Part shown: positions 50,275 through 59,441 of the stretch, in pieces | Position numbering within the stretch: position 1 is the stretch's first letter | How the letters are laid out: every line of letters begins with the position of its first letter | Assembly: GCA_965213675.1 (NCBI GenBank) | Contig: OZ243916.1 | Span: 1,984,001-2,048,000, forward strand | Length of the DNA: 64,000 bases | Source: an uncultured Candidatus Binatia bacterium | Lineage (GTDB): Bacteria; Desulfobacterota; Binatia; UBA9968; JAJDTQ01 | Direction of reading: 5' to 3' | Made by a program: the position numbers and the translations under genes | The notes under the pieces: generated by a model | The model's database searches: none | What the model saw: the letters and a program-made list of their open reading frames with translations, nothing else | Told to the model about the DNA's origin: nothing

Positions 50275-51627
50275 TCATGACGCCCCAATCTCCCAAAGCC
50301 GTCGGAGCGGGACCGCGTAGAGCCCGTCGCCGTGGCTGACACACATCTCGCCGTCGTAGACCACAACCCCTCCTGCAAAGCGGCTGCCCGTCGCCGTCTT
50401 CAACTTGCGCAGGCCACGGAAGTCCGCCGCGGTGACGGTGGCTCCTGCCTTGACCTCCACGCCCGCCACCGCCCGGGTGCCGCGCTCGATGACGATGTCC
50501 ACCTCGGTCTTGTCTCTGTCGCGGTAGTGGAAGAAGGTGAAGAAGTCCTCCTGCCAGCTCGCCTGCCGCCTCAACTCCTGAAACACGAATGTTTCGAGAA
50601 GCTGACCCAGCAGGGTACGGTCAGCCGCAAGACCGGCGGCATCCACACCGAGCAGTGCGCAGGCGAGACCCGTGTCACCCATGTGCAGCTTCGGCGTCTT
50701 GACCAACCGGCTGAGCCGATTGCTGTGCCATGGCGGCAGTCTCTCCAGCAGAAAGACCCGCTCCAGCAGCACGATGTAGTCCCGGATGGTGGGCCTGCTG
50801 ATCTGGAACGGTGCCGCCAACTCGCTCACGTTGAACAGACTCGCTGTTTGCGCGGCCGACAGGGCGAGCAGTCTCGGAAGCTCTTCGAGGGTTCTAATGC
50901 GGGAAAGATCCGGCACGTCCCGCCGTGTCTGCGCGTCGAGGTAGTTGCGGTACCAGTTGGCGCGCCGGCGTCCGGGCGGACGCGCGAGAGCCGCCGGGTA
51001 TCCTCCGGCAGCGACGCGGTCGCACAACTCCGCTCCGAGTCGCGACGTCCGCGACGTCTTGAACCCTTGGCCGAACAAGGCGTCGAGGAAGTCGAAGATT
51101 TCATCCGAACCCAAGGAACCGGACCACCCACTTGCGATCTCACCTTGCGCCAGGGGATGTAAACGAATCACCTCCAGGCGACCCGCCAACGAGTCCTGAA
51201 TCGCCGGAACCCGCAACACGTCGGCCGACCCCGTCAACACGAAACGACCCGGCACCCGCTTCCGGTCCACCTCCATCTTCAGGGCGGTAAAGAGCGCCGG
51301 CACCCGCTGTACCTCGTCGAGGATGACCCTCTCGGGGAGATCGGCCACAAAGCCCATCGGGTCCTCTTCGGCACCGGCGCGTGCGACATCGTCGTCGAAG
51401 CTGATGTAAACGTAGTTCCGGGCCTCGCCGCTCAAGAAACCCGCCGGAGGCATATCCGCAACCTTTCGCGCGTCCGGCCGAACCGAGATCGCCGGAGGAC
51501 ACAGCATCTGCGCCAAGGTTGTCTTGCCGCACTGGCGCGGACCCTGGATCAGGACCACCGGCGAATCCGCCAGCGCCTCGGCCAGTCGCTGCCCGATGTA
51601 TCGTGGGAAAAAGCCACTGTCAGCCAT
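50275..51627 (-). CDS. AAA ATPase with DUF4143 domain
   Basis: GPRQCGKTT, ILDEVQ, LTGS, SLAGR, PKLHMGDTG, EVDIV...EVK. Confidence 0.9.
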   Translation of the reverse strand: MADSGFFPRYIGQRLAEALADSPVVLIQGPRQCGKTTLAQMLCPPAISVRPDARKVADMPPAGFLSGEARNYVYISFDDDVARAGAEEDPMGFVADLPERVILDEVQRVPALFTALKMEVDRKRVPGRFVLTGSADVLRVPAIQDSLAGRLEVIRLHPLAQGEIASGWSGSLGSDEIFDFLDALFGQGFKTSRTSRLGAELCDRVAAGGYPAALARPPGRRRANWYRNYLDAQTRRDVPDLSRIRTLEELPRLLALSAAQTASLFNVSELAAPFQISRPTIRDYIVLLERVFLLERLPPWHSNRLSRLVKTPKLHMGDTGLACALLGVDAAGLAADRTLLGQLLETFVFQELRRQASWQEDFFTFFHYRDRDKTEVDIVIERGTRAVAGVEVKAGATVTAADFRGLRKLKTATGSRFAGGVVVYDGEMCVSHGDGLYAVPLRRLWEIGAS

Positions 51628-51712
51628 CGGCTGATTGTAACTTCATCATGCGGCTGATTGCAAGTTTAGGGAGCGGCTATTTGAAAGGTTAAGGTTCGGC
51701 CGGTTGAAAGGT
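51628..51712 (-). promoter_or_regulatory. four degenerate repeats with an exact 23-bp period
   Basis: CGGCTGATTGTAA (51628), CGGCTGATTGCAA (51651), CGGCTATTTGAAA (51674), CGGCCGGTTGAAA (51697). Confidence 0.65.
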
Positions 51713-51738
51713 GAGGTGGTCCCACTTCGTTGGACAGG
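51712..51738 (+). mobile_element. IS3-like terminal repeat
   Basis: TGAGGTGGTCCCACTTCGTTGGACAGG; 24 bp identical to 56745-56768. Confidence 0.65.
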
Positions 51739-51981
51739 CAGGCGGCAGAAACAAGGAGTATTCCGGCGTAATGGATCATGCCGCCCGGGGCCTGTATACC
51801 ACGTCATTCTGTTCCGGTAGAGCCGGCAGAGGGGCAGGTGAGCTGCAACGCTGTGCCGGCCTCTGCGTCAGCATTCCCTTTTCGTAGGCCTCGGGGCTGG
51901 AGCGGCGCCCTCCGAGGCGGAGTGGGGGCGCACCGCATCTGATTGGCCTCTCGATGGCCGATTTTTTCCATTGGACTTGGG

Positions 51982-52686
51982 CTAACCGCCCAGGTACGCC
52001 TCCCGGACGTGGGGGATGTCTTTCAACTCGGCGCCGGTTCCCTGCAGGGCTACGGCGCCGGATTCGAGAAGATAGGCGCGGTCGCAGATTTCCAGCGCCG
52101 CGTAGGCGTTCTGTTCGACCATTAGCACGGTGACACCCTCGGCCCGGATCTCGGTGATGATCTCGAAGGTGGTCTCGACCAGATTGGGCGCCAGGCCCAA
52201 GGAAGGCTCGTCAAACAGCACCAGCTTCGGCCGCGACATCAGCGCCCGGCCAATGGCCAGCATCTGCTGCTCGCCGCCGGAAAGCGTCCCCGCGGTCTGA
52301 CGCCGCCGTCCTTCGAGGATCGGGAAACGCTCAAACACCCGCTGCAGGTCCGCTTCGATGCCGCGGGCGTCGCGGCGCAGGTAACAGCCCATGTCGAGAT
52401 TTTCCTGAACGCTCATGTATGGAAAGATACGCCGCCCTTCGGGGCAATGGGCGATGCCCAGGGACAGGACTCTTTGCGCCGACGCGTTGGAGATGTCGTG
52501 GCCGTCGAATACGATGCGCCCGGCCGCGGGCGGGAGCAGTCCCGAAATGGCCTTCAGGGTAGTGGACTTCCCGGCCCCGTTGGCGCCGATCAGGGTCACC
52601 AGCTCGCCCTGGTTGACGATCATGGACAGGCCGCGGATGGCGCTGACCTTGCCGTAACGGCATTCCAGACCGGTGATCTCAAGCAT
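51982..52686 (-). CDS. livF: branched-chain amino acid ABC ATPase
   Basis: GANGAGKST, PEGRRIF, LSGGEQQMLA, DEPSLGLAP. Confidence 0.92.
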   Translation of the reverse strand: MLEITGLECRYGKVSAIRGLSMIVNQGELVTLIGANGAGKSTTLKAISGLLPPAAGRIVFDGHDISNASAQRVLSLGIAHCPEGRRIFPYMSVQENLDMGCYLRRDARGIEADLQRVFERFPILEGRRRQTAGTLSGGEQQMLAIGRALMSRPKLVLFDEPSLGLAPNLVETTFEIITEIRAEGVTVLMVEQNAYAALEICDRAYLLESGAVALQGTGAELKDIPHVREAYLGG

Positions 52687-53455
52687 CGGCGGCCGCCCCT
52701 CCCAGGTATGCCCGAATCACCTCCGGGTGGCGGCGAATCTCTTCCGGCGTCCCCTCGGCCAGGATGAGGCCCTGATTCAGCACGATGACCCGGTCGGAAA
52801 TTCCCATCACCACACGCATGTCGTGCTCCACCAGGAAGATGGTGGTGCCCTGGTCGCGGATGGCCGACACCCGGTTCATGAAGTTCTGTGTCTCCGACGG
52901 GTTCATCCCCGAGGCTGGCTCGTCCAGCAAGAGCAGTGACGGCCGCGCCGCCAGAGCGATGGCCACCTCCAACAGGCGTTGCTCGCCGTAGGGCAGATCC
53001 GACGCCAGCTCGCCGCGCCGGTGGGACAGGCCCACCTGCTCCAGGATGGCGGCGGCCTGCCACCGAAGATCGCGCTCCTCGGCCTTGATGCGCGGCAGGG
53101 CCAGCAGAATCTCCCACACGCGGCCGCGGCCGCGGCGGTGCAAGCCGATCAACATATTGTCGATGACGCTCAATCCGCTGAAGAGGCTCGTCTTCTGGAA
53201 AGTCCGGACCACGCCGAGGTCGGCGACATCGTTGGGGCGCAGGCCGTCCAGGGAAACGCCGCGGTAGCGGACGCTGCCGGCGCTGGCCCGCAGGAACCCC
53301 GTGATGACGTTGAAGGCGGTGGTCTTGCCGGCTCCGTTGGGACCGATGAGGCTGGCGATCTCGCCCTCGCGGACGACGAAATCCACGTTGGACACGGCCA
53401 CCAGACCGCCGAACTGAACGGTGAGGCCCTCGACGCTGAGTGCGGCATCCGTCAC
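52679..53455 (-). CDS. livG: branched-chain amino acid ABC ATPase
   Basis: GPNGAGKTT, RTFQ, LPYGEQR, VEHDM, VIRAYLG. Confidence 0.92.
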   Translation of the reverse strand: MTDAALSVEGLTVQFGGLVAVSNVDFVVREGEIASLIGPNGAGKTTAFNVITGFLRASAGSVRYRGVSLDGLRPNDVADLGVVRTFQKTSLFSGLSVIDNMLIGLHRRGRGRVWEILLALPRIKAEERDLRWQAAAILEQVGLSHRRGELASDLPYGEQRLLEVAIALAARPSLLLLDEPASGMNPSETQNFMNRVSAIRDQGTTIFLVEHDMRVVMGISDRVIVLNQGLILAEGTPEEIRRHPEVIRAYLGGAAADA

Positions 53456-54480
53456 CGCGCTTCCTCCGTAGCGCCAAGGCCACCCTCGGGGGCGGCGAAA
53501 CGCACCTTCCACCACGACGTGACCGCCGGCACGATGCCCTGTGGCAGGAAGAACACGATGACGATCATGAACACGCCGTAGATCACCCACTGCACTTCGG
53601 GGCTGGCGATTTCCCGCAGCACCTCGGGCAGGATGCCGAAGATGAGGCCGCCCACCACCGGGCCAGCGGTAGTTCCCTTGCCGCCGGTGACCACCATGAT
53701 CACCATGGTCACGGTATAGATGAACAGGAAGATATCCGGATCGACAATACGCACGTAGTGGGTATAAAGCCCGCCGGCGGCCCCGGCCATGGCCGCCGAT
53801 ATGATCGTCGCCAGGACCAGGTAACGGGTGACGTCGACGCCCACCGAAGAGGCCAAGGCCTCGTTCTCGCGCAGGCCGATCATGGCCCGTCCGGCCCGGG
53901 ACCGCACCAGGCGCCGGACGACGATGTAGGAAACGGTGGCCACGACCAGGACCAGATAGTAGTTGGGCAGCTTCTGGTAGAAGACCTGCTCCCACAGGCC
54001 GGGAATGGCGACGCTGAACGGCGGGATGTTGTTGAGCGCCATGGGGCCTTCGGTGAGGTCGAGCCAGTTGAGGGAGATGAGCCGCACGACCTCGGCGAAG
54101 CTGATGGTGACGATGACGAAATAGGCGCCGCGGACCTTGAAGGCGATCTTGCCGATCAGCCACCCGAACAGGCCGGCGGCGGCGATGCCGGCGACGAAGG
54201 CGACCCACACCGACTGCGGCGCGAACACGAACGTGTAGGAGTCGGTCAACTCGAGGTCGAAGCCCAGGGACACCAGCGCGCTGGTATAGGCGCCGATGCC
54301 GAAGAACGCCACATGGCCGAGGCTCAGTTGTCCGGTGTAGCCGAGCAGCAGGTTGAGGCTGATGGCGGCGATGGTGAAAATGCCGGCGCTGATGAGGATA
54401 TGGAGGATATAGAGGTCCGTCATCCACAACGGAACGGAGAACAGGAACACCACCCAGGCGGCTGTGACGGCGTGCCTCAC
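53452..54480 (-). CDS. livM: branched-chain amino acid ABC permease
   Basis: GYTGQLSLGH, RGAYF, GRAMIGLRENE. Confidence 0.9.
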   Translation of the reverse strand: MRHAVTAAWVVFLFSVPLWMTDLYILHILISAGIFTIAAISLNLLLGYTGQLSLGHVAFFGIGAYTSALVSLGFDLELTDSYTFVFAPQSVWVAFVAGIAAAGLFGWLIGKIAFKVRGAYFVIVTISFAEVVRLISLNWLDLTEGPMALNNIPPFSVAIPGLWEQVFYQKLPNYYLVLVVATVSYIVVRRLVRSRAGRAMIGLRENEALASSVGVDVTRYLVLATIISAAMAGAAGGLYTHYVRIVDPDIFLFIYTVTMVIMVVTGGKGTTAGPVVGGLIFGILPEVLREIASPEVQWVIYGVFMIVIVFFLPQGIVPAVTSWWKVRFAAPEGGLGATEEAR

Positions 54481-55349
54481 CCGATGCGCTCCTTGGCCGC
54501 GAACAGCCCTGTCGGCTTGAACACCAGCACCAGGATAATCAGCAGGAAGCCCATGGCGTCGCGGTAGCCCGACGAGACGTAGCCCGCGCCCAGTTCCTCG
54601 GCCAAGCCCAGGACGAAGCCGCCGAGGGTGGCGCCGGGTATGCTGCCGAGGCCGCCGAGAATGACGATGGCGAAAGCCTTGAGCGCCGCCAGGTCCCCGA
54701 TGGTCGGCGCCACCACGAAGACGGGACCCAGCAGGGCGCCGGCCGCGGCCGCAAGGCAGGAGCCGAAGGCGAACGTCAGCGTGTGGATGCCCTTGACGTT
54801 GACGCCCATGAGGGCGGCGGTCTCACGGTCCTGAAAGGTCGCGCGCATGGCCTTGCCCAGACGTGTCCAATGGATCAGCAGGTAGGTGACGGCGATCAGC
54901 AGGACCGCGAAGGCGAACACGAAAACCCGTACCCAGGAAACCGACACCTCCCCGATGACCAGAGGATCCAGAGGAAAGGGATGGTCGATGGATTTGGCGA
55001 TACCGGTCCAGGTGAACTGTTCCAGGTTCTGCATCGCGATCCAGGCGCCGATCATGACCAGCATGGTGGTATCGATGTCGGCGCCCCGGAGGGGACGCAG
55101 CAGCACGAACTCGATCAGCGCGCCGAGGACCACGCCGAGGGCCATGGCCAGCAGGATGCTGGCAAAGAAGTTCAGGCCCAGCACCATGACAAGGAAAAAC
55201 ACCATGTAGGCGCCGAAGGTGTAGAGCTCACCGTGGGTGAAGTTGACCACCCGCATGATGCCGAAGATCAGTGTCAGCCCGATGCCCAAAAGGGCATAGG
55301 TGCCGCCGAGAATCAGGGCGTTGAGGAGGTGCTGGAGAAATTCAGGCAC
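54477..55349 (-). CDS. livH: branched-chain amino acid ABC permease
   Basis: GLTLIFGIMRVVNFTHG, GKAMRA, ILGGLGS. Confidence 0.9.
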   Translation of the reverse strand: MPEFLQHLLNALILGGTYALLGIGLTLIFGIMRVVNFTHGELYTFGAYMVFFLVMVLGLNFFASILLAMALGVVLGALIEFVLLRPLRGADIDTTMLVMIGAWIAMQNLEQFTWTGIAKSIDHPFPLDPLVIGEVSVSWVRVFVFAFAVLLIAVTYLLIHWTRLGKAMRATFQDRETAALMGVNVKGIHTLTFAFGSCLAAAAGALLGPVFVVAPTIGDLAALKAFAIVILGGLGSIPGATLGGFVLGLAEELGAGYVSSGYRDAMGFLLIILVLVFKPTGLFAAKERIG

Positions 55350-55466
55350 GGTGAGAAATTCGGGACCGCGAGGGCCGGCCCCGGCGCACGCCCCTCCCGG
55401 GAGATCCGACAAGGGCGTGCATCAGGTCAGGGCCGGTGGGCATTCGTCGGCCGCCTTGTGACAGCG

Positions 55467-56621
55467 TCAGGGCAACGCGACCTTGCCGTCCTTGATGGTG
55501 ACCACGTAGACGTTGGGAATGTTCTGGGCGCTCTCCTTGCCCTTGGGGCCTTGCTTGATGAACGCGATGTCGCCGTTGACGCCGTCCACCTTGACCCCCC
55601 AGAGGGCCTTCTGAATGGCCTTGGGCTCAGCCTCGCCGGCCGCCTTGATGGCGGCGGCAATGGTCATGATGCCGTCATGGCCACGGAAACCCTCCGTCAG
55701 GCCGGCGAAATTGTGGCCGCGCTTGTTCCACTCGTTGACGAACGCGGTGGCGACTTCGGGGTTCGGCGCCGAGCCTGGAAACCACGGAGCGAAAAACAGC
55801 AGGTGGTAGCTGCCTTCGGCGGCCGCGCCGGCCTGCGCGATCAACTGATCCGGCGATGACGAACCACCGGTGGTGATCACCCGTTGCGTGACCCGCTGCT
55901 CCTTCATCTGCTTCAGCACCAGGGTGATCTGCTCGACCCCGGTGGTGACGAAAACCGTATCCCCGCCCGCTGCCTTGATCTTCGCCAACTGGGCGCTCAT
56001 ATCCGTGGCCTTGGCGTCCATGGTTTCCACCACGCCGACGGCAATGCCCTTGCTCTTGAGCATCTTCTGGAATTGCTCGGACGCGCCCAGACCCCAGTCG
56101 TTGTTGACCACCAGGAAGTTGGCCTTCTTGATGTGGAACTGCCCCACCTTGGTGCCGAAAGACTGGGCTTCCATGGCCGAGGTCGGGCTGATGCGGAAGA
56201 TCCACGGATTGCCCGAGGTCGTGATCTTGCCCGAAGACGAAGTCTCGACCACCATGGGCACGCCGTACTCCATGAGTTTCGGCATCACCGCCAGGGTATA
56301 GGTGGAACTCCACGCTCCCATGAGCGCCGGCACCTTGTCGCGCACGATGAGCTTCTCCGCCGTAGCCACCGCTTCCTTGGGATTGCTCTTGTTATCCTCG
56401 ATGATCAACTGCACCTTCTTGCCCAACAAGCCGCCGGACGAATTGAGAAACGACTCGGCGATCCTGGCGCCTTGCGCCACATAGTTGCCGGACGCCGCCA
56501 CCGCGCCGGTCAGGGGCTGGGTGACGCCGATCTTGATGGTCTCGGCCGCCCCGGCGATGGGCGCGGCCGCCGCCAACGCAATCCCGGCCACGAGCAGTGC
56601 CGTCCGTTTGAAGCTCAACAT
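55467..56621 (-). CDS. livK: branched-chain amino acid ABC substrate-binding protein
   Basis: Signal peptide, IKIGVTQPLTG, EDNKSNP; exact ligand unknown. Confidence 0.85.
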   Translation of the reverse strand: MLSFKRTALLVAGIALAAAAPIAGAAETIKIGVTQPLTGAVAASGNYVAQGARIAESFLNSSGGLLGKKVQLIIEDNKSNPKEAVATAEKLIVRDKVPALMGAWSSTYTLAVMPKLMEYGVPMVVETSSSGKITTSGNPWIFRISPTSAMEAQSFGTKVGQFHIKKANFLVVNNDWGLGASEQFQKMLKSKGIAVGVVETMDAKATDMSAQLAKIKAAGGDTVFVTTGVEQITLVLKQMKEQRVTQRVITTGGSSSPDQLIAQAGAAAEGSYHLLFFAPWFPGSAPNPEVATAFVNEWNKRGHNFAGLTEGFRGHDGIMTIAAAIKAAGEAEPKAIQKALWGVKVDGVNGDIAFIKQGPKGKESAQNIPNVYVVTIKDGKVALP

Positions 56622-56741
56622 GATTTCCTCCCGTCGTTTGGAACAGAAATGGGCCATTGAAACAGGCAATGGAAGTGGCAACAGCCTCCTTCAGGGTGAC
56701 GGATTCTAGCCCGGATACATCAAGGAATCTAGCCTGAGAGT

Positions 56742-56958
56742 TGCGGTGGTCCCACTTCGTTGGACAGGTGGGCGGCGATGGTGTCGAAGGTTTGCCATCC
56801 TCGAATGGGTCGACTCGTTCAACCACCGCCGACTCCTGGTAGGGATCGGCTATGTGCCGCCCGCGGAACTTGAAGAGCGGCTCCATCAGCAATGCGGTGA
56901 GTCGGCCATGGTGGCCTGACTCAAACTATTCCGTCTCCGGGAAAGCCGGGGCGGTTCA
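56742..56958 (+). mobile_element. IS3-family remnant (terminal repeat, orfB 3' fragment, right end)
   Basis: TGCGGTGGTCCCACTTCGTTGGACAG; reading frame LEWVDSFNHRRL..IGYVPPAELE; end GTCTCCGGGAAAGCCGGGGCGGTTCA. Confidence 0.8.
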
Positions 56959-57054
56959 CAGTTTGGTTTGACGTAAGGGTCAATCATCCCATGCGCAATC
57001 AAACAATCAAATATTGCGCGTAGCACGCTCAGATACTTCTTGTTGGTCTCTCCC

Positions 57055-58764
57055 TCACACAAAATCCGCCCGCCAAAGATGCACGGCGCGCTCGGCGAGC
57101 CGTCGTTGGCGCTGATCCAGCAACGCCGGTGTCCAATGCTCGGGGGCGATCTCCAGAATGCGCCGGGTCAACGCGTAGCCGCTACGGGCATAGGCCGCGA
57201 CCTTTTCCGGATAGGCCGCGTTGCCGAGACGGCGGTTGGTGGCGGGTTCGAGGAGGGTGAGGTTGCCGAGGCTGTAGATGGACTCGTCCCACAATGTCCG
57301 CGGAAAGGACTCCTCCCAAGCGTCCACGGGATTTTCGGGAAGGATATGCTCGATGGTGCCGGGGTCGGTGTCAGGGTCGCAAGCACGGCCTGAGGCGTCG
57401 GCTTCGAGGCGGGCGAGGATGTACCGCGTGAGCTTGCCCCAACGGCCCTCGGTAGCGACCGTCAGAAACTCGAAATCCTGCTTCATTCGGGCATCGTCCA
57501 CGTAGAGGGGCTTAATCACGGAAAACACCTCCGCGGGGGTCGTCGCCTCACCGTCCATCACCGCCTTGGCCGCGTGGTGGTAGGCCGGCTCAAGCGGATG
57601 GGTGTTGAGCCCGCTCACCACCGTGTAACGGAACGCGATCACGCTGACGAGCTTCAGGACGCGCACGAAATCGGCATTCGAGAAATGCTCCCAAGCGGCG
57701 AAAAGCAGCGGCATCATCTGCTGCACGCGGAAGAGGTCGAGTTCACGAATGTAGGGTCTTGCGGCGGGCAGATCGATCCAATACCCGTGGGTGGGGTCCA
57801 GGACCGCCGCGAACAACTCGGCGCGGCTCTCCAATTGGTCCAGCAAGGCGAATACGTCCGCGGGCGTCCGATTCTGGTCGCGCACCAGCTTGAAGAGCCG
57901 CTGGCTCCGGACCTTGGGCTGCCGACACAGCAAGTGGTAGCGGAGAAACCTGGAGAAACGCTCCTGCCCCACGGTAGCGACGAGTCGCTGCCAGCGGCGC
58001 TGGAGGGCGTCCAGGTCAGCGGCCACGTGGACACGGGAGAACAAGTAGTTCTTCAGCAAGTCCGTCGTGGTCAGTTCGAGACCACGCGCGTTGAGCGTCT
58101 CGAAGACGGTGTAGGCGTTGAGCTCGTCGTCGACGGTGATCAGGATGAACAGGAGTTGGCGGGCCACCGTCTCGGACAACAGGCTTGCCAGAGCTTGGCC
58201 GTCGTCCTTGAAGGCATCCATCCCGTCGAGCCGCTCCTTGAAATAGCCGAAGCATTTCCAGAGGAGACGGTTCGACTTGGACAAGCCACGCGGGTTGAGC
58301 GGCTCCCGCAGTTGCACCAGATAGTCCTGGTAGAAGGCGTCGTCGGTGGCATTGAGGTAGAGCCGGCTGCTCTCGGTCAATGACGCAGGGTCCTTCTCCC
58401 CCACGAACCGGTCGCGAAGGCCCTGTGCGCGAGCGCTGTTGGCATCGGTGTGTACGCCGCCGGCGGCCATGTCTTGTAGCTTGGCGATCACCGCCAACGC
58501 GAACAGGCTGATCGTGGCGAGCCGTTGCTGGCCGTCGATGATCAGGAACTCGCGGTCGCTGCTCCCTTCGACCACCAAGGCGCCCATGTAGTGGACGGCC
58601 TCGGAATCAGGGTGCAACTCCACGATGTCGTTCCAGAGATCCTCCCATTCCTCCTCCGACCACGAGTAGTCGCGCTGATAGGGCGGCACCCGGTACGACT
58701 TGCCGTTGCCCATCAACTCCAGATAGTTGATCGTGCGCGTGTTCAGGATGTTGGCTTTGGCCAC
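57055..58764 (-). CDS. DUF262/DUF1524 protein (GmrSD-like type IV restriction enzyme)
   Basis: PYQRDYSW, DGQQR, FETLNARG, IEHILP, LGNLTLL. Confidence 0.9.
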   Translation of the reverse strand: MAKANILNTRTINYLELMGNGKSYRVPPYQRDYSWSEEEWEDLWNDIVELHPDSEAVHYMGALVVEGSSDREFLIIDGQQRLATISLFALAVIAKLQDMAAGGVHTDANSARAQGLRDRFVGEKDPASLTESSRLYLNATDDAFYQDYLVQLREPLNPRGLSKSNRLLWKCFGYFKERLDGMDAFKDDGQALASLLSETVARQLLFILITVDDELNAYTVFETLNARGLELTTTDLLKNYLFSRVHVAADLDALQRRWQRLVATVGQERFSRFLRYHLLCRQPKVRSQRLFKLVRDQNRTPADVFALLDQLESRAELFAAVLDPTHGYWIDLPAARPYIRELDLFRVQQMMPLLFAAWEHFSNADFVRVLKLVSVIAFRYTVVSGLNTHPLEPAYHHAAKAVMDGEATTPAEVFSVIKPLYVDDARMKQDFEFLTVATEGRWGKLTRYILARLEADASGRACDPDTDPGTIEHILPENPVDAWEESFPRTLWDESIYSLGNLTLLEPATNRRLGNAAYPEKVAAYARSGYALTRRILEIAPEHWTPALLDQRQRRLAERAVHLWRADFV

Positions 58765-58788
58765 GTGTTATCCACCGACACCGGGTAT

Positions 58789-59042
58789 TGGCGGAGGGGG
58801 CAAGACTCGAACTCGCGGCCCGCTGTTTAGTGTGGTGTCTGGTTAATACGCGTCATAATCTGCGGGTCTTTTTCGCCGTCGGCTGCGTTGCTCTTCCTCG
58901 CGTGGTACACGCCACTGCTCGTCATCGCGCCTTGCCGACAACAAAAAATCCTCCGCAGATTATGACCCGTATTAACCAGACACCACACTAGGCGAACGCC
59001 GATTTTCAAGACCAGTGCCTTGAGCCGCTCGGCCACCCTTCC
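58789..59042 (-). tRNA. tRNA-Ser(TGA) interrupted by a MITE, possibly a pseudogene
   Basis: Removing the insertion gives 93 nt: GGAAGGGTGGCCGAGCGGCTCAAGGCACTGGTCTTGAAAATCGGCGTTCGCCTAAACAGCGGGCCGCGAGTTCGAGTCTTGCCCCCTCCGCCA, with long variable arm, G73 and CCA. Confidence 0.88.
58830..58988. mobile_element. 159-bp MITE, copy 2, within tRNA-Ser
   Basis: Three differences from 3744-3902; TA duplicated at 58828-29 and 58989-90. Confidence 0.92.
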
Positions 59043-59084
59043 GTAAGGGACAACGGATTGAAAGGCAGCACGTGGGCTTCATCC

Positions 59085-59090
59085 ATTATA
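59085..59090 (-). promoter_or_regulatory. -10 box for the tRNA gene
   Basis: TATAAT on the minus strand about 43 bp upstream of the tRNA 5' end. Confidence 0.5.
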
Positions 59091-59356
59091 CCGCATTGCC
59101 TGCCACCCCGCGTCAGGGTCTTCAAGAATAGGAGAATCCCGCCGACATGACAAGATTCCCCGCGGGAACCCCCGATGGCGGCCCCACCCCGAGCACCAGG
59201 TCTACTCCCATCTGCTCAAGGGATTGACCATCCCGATCAGGGCAGCCAGTTCACCAGCCCTGTCCACCAATCCCGGGGAAGGCCACAATGTTGAAGTAGC
59301 TTCAAGAAGCGCCTTGGGGCCTCGGACCGCCAAGCGCCACGGCTCTATCCGAGCGG

Positions 59357-59402
59357 TCTATGCGCAGAAATCCTGCGCGTAGCGACCATTTCTGCGCATA
59401 GA
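59357..59402. repeat. 15-bp perfect inverted repeat of the TGCGCATA family
   Basis: TCTATGCGCAGAAAT-N16-ATTTCTGCGCATAGA. Confidence 0.7.
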
Positions 59403-59441
59403 GCACCCGGTCTCAGCGTTTTCGCGAAGGGACATCGCCCA

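Noticed and set aside
58788-59036. Short ORFs WCLVN.../...QIMTRINQTPH, also at 3741-3989
   Set aside because: Translations of the MITE and tRNA, not proteins
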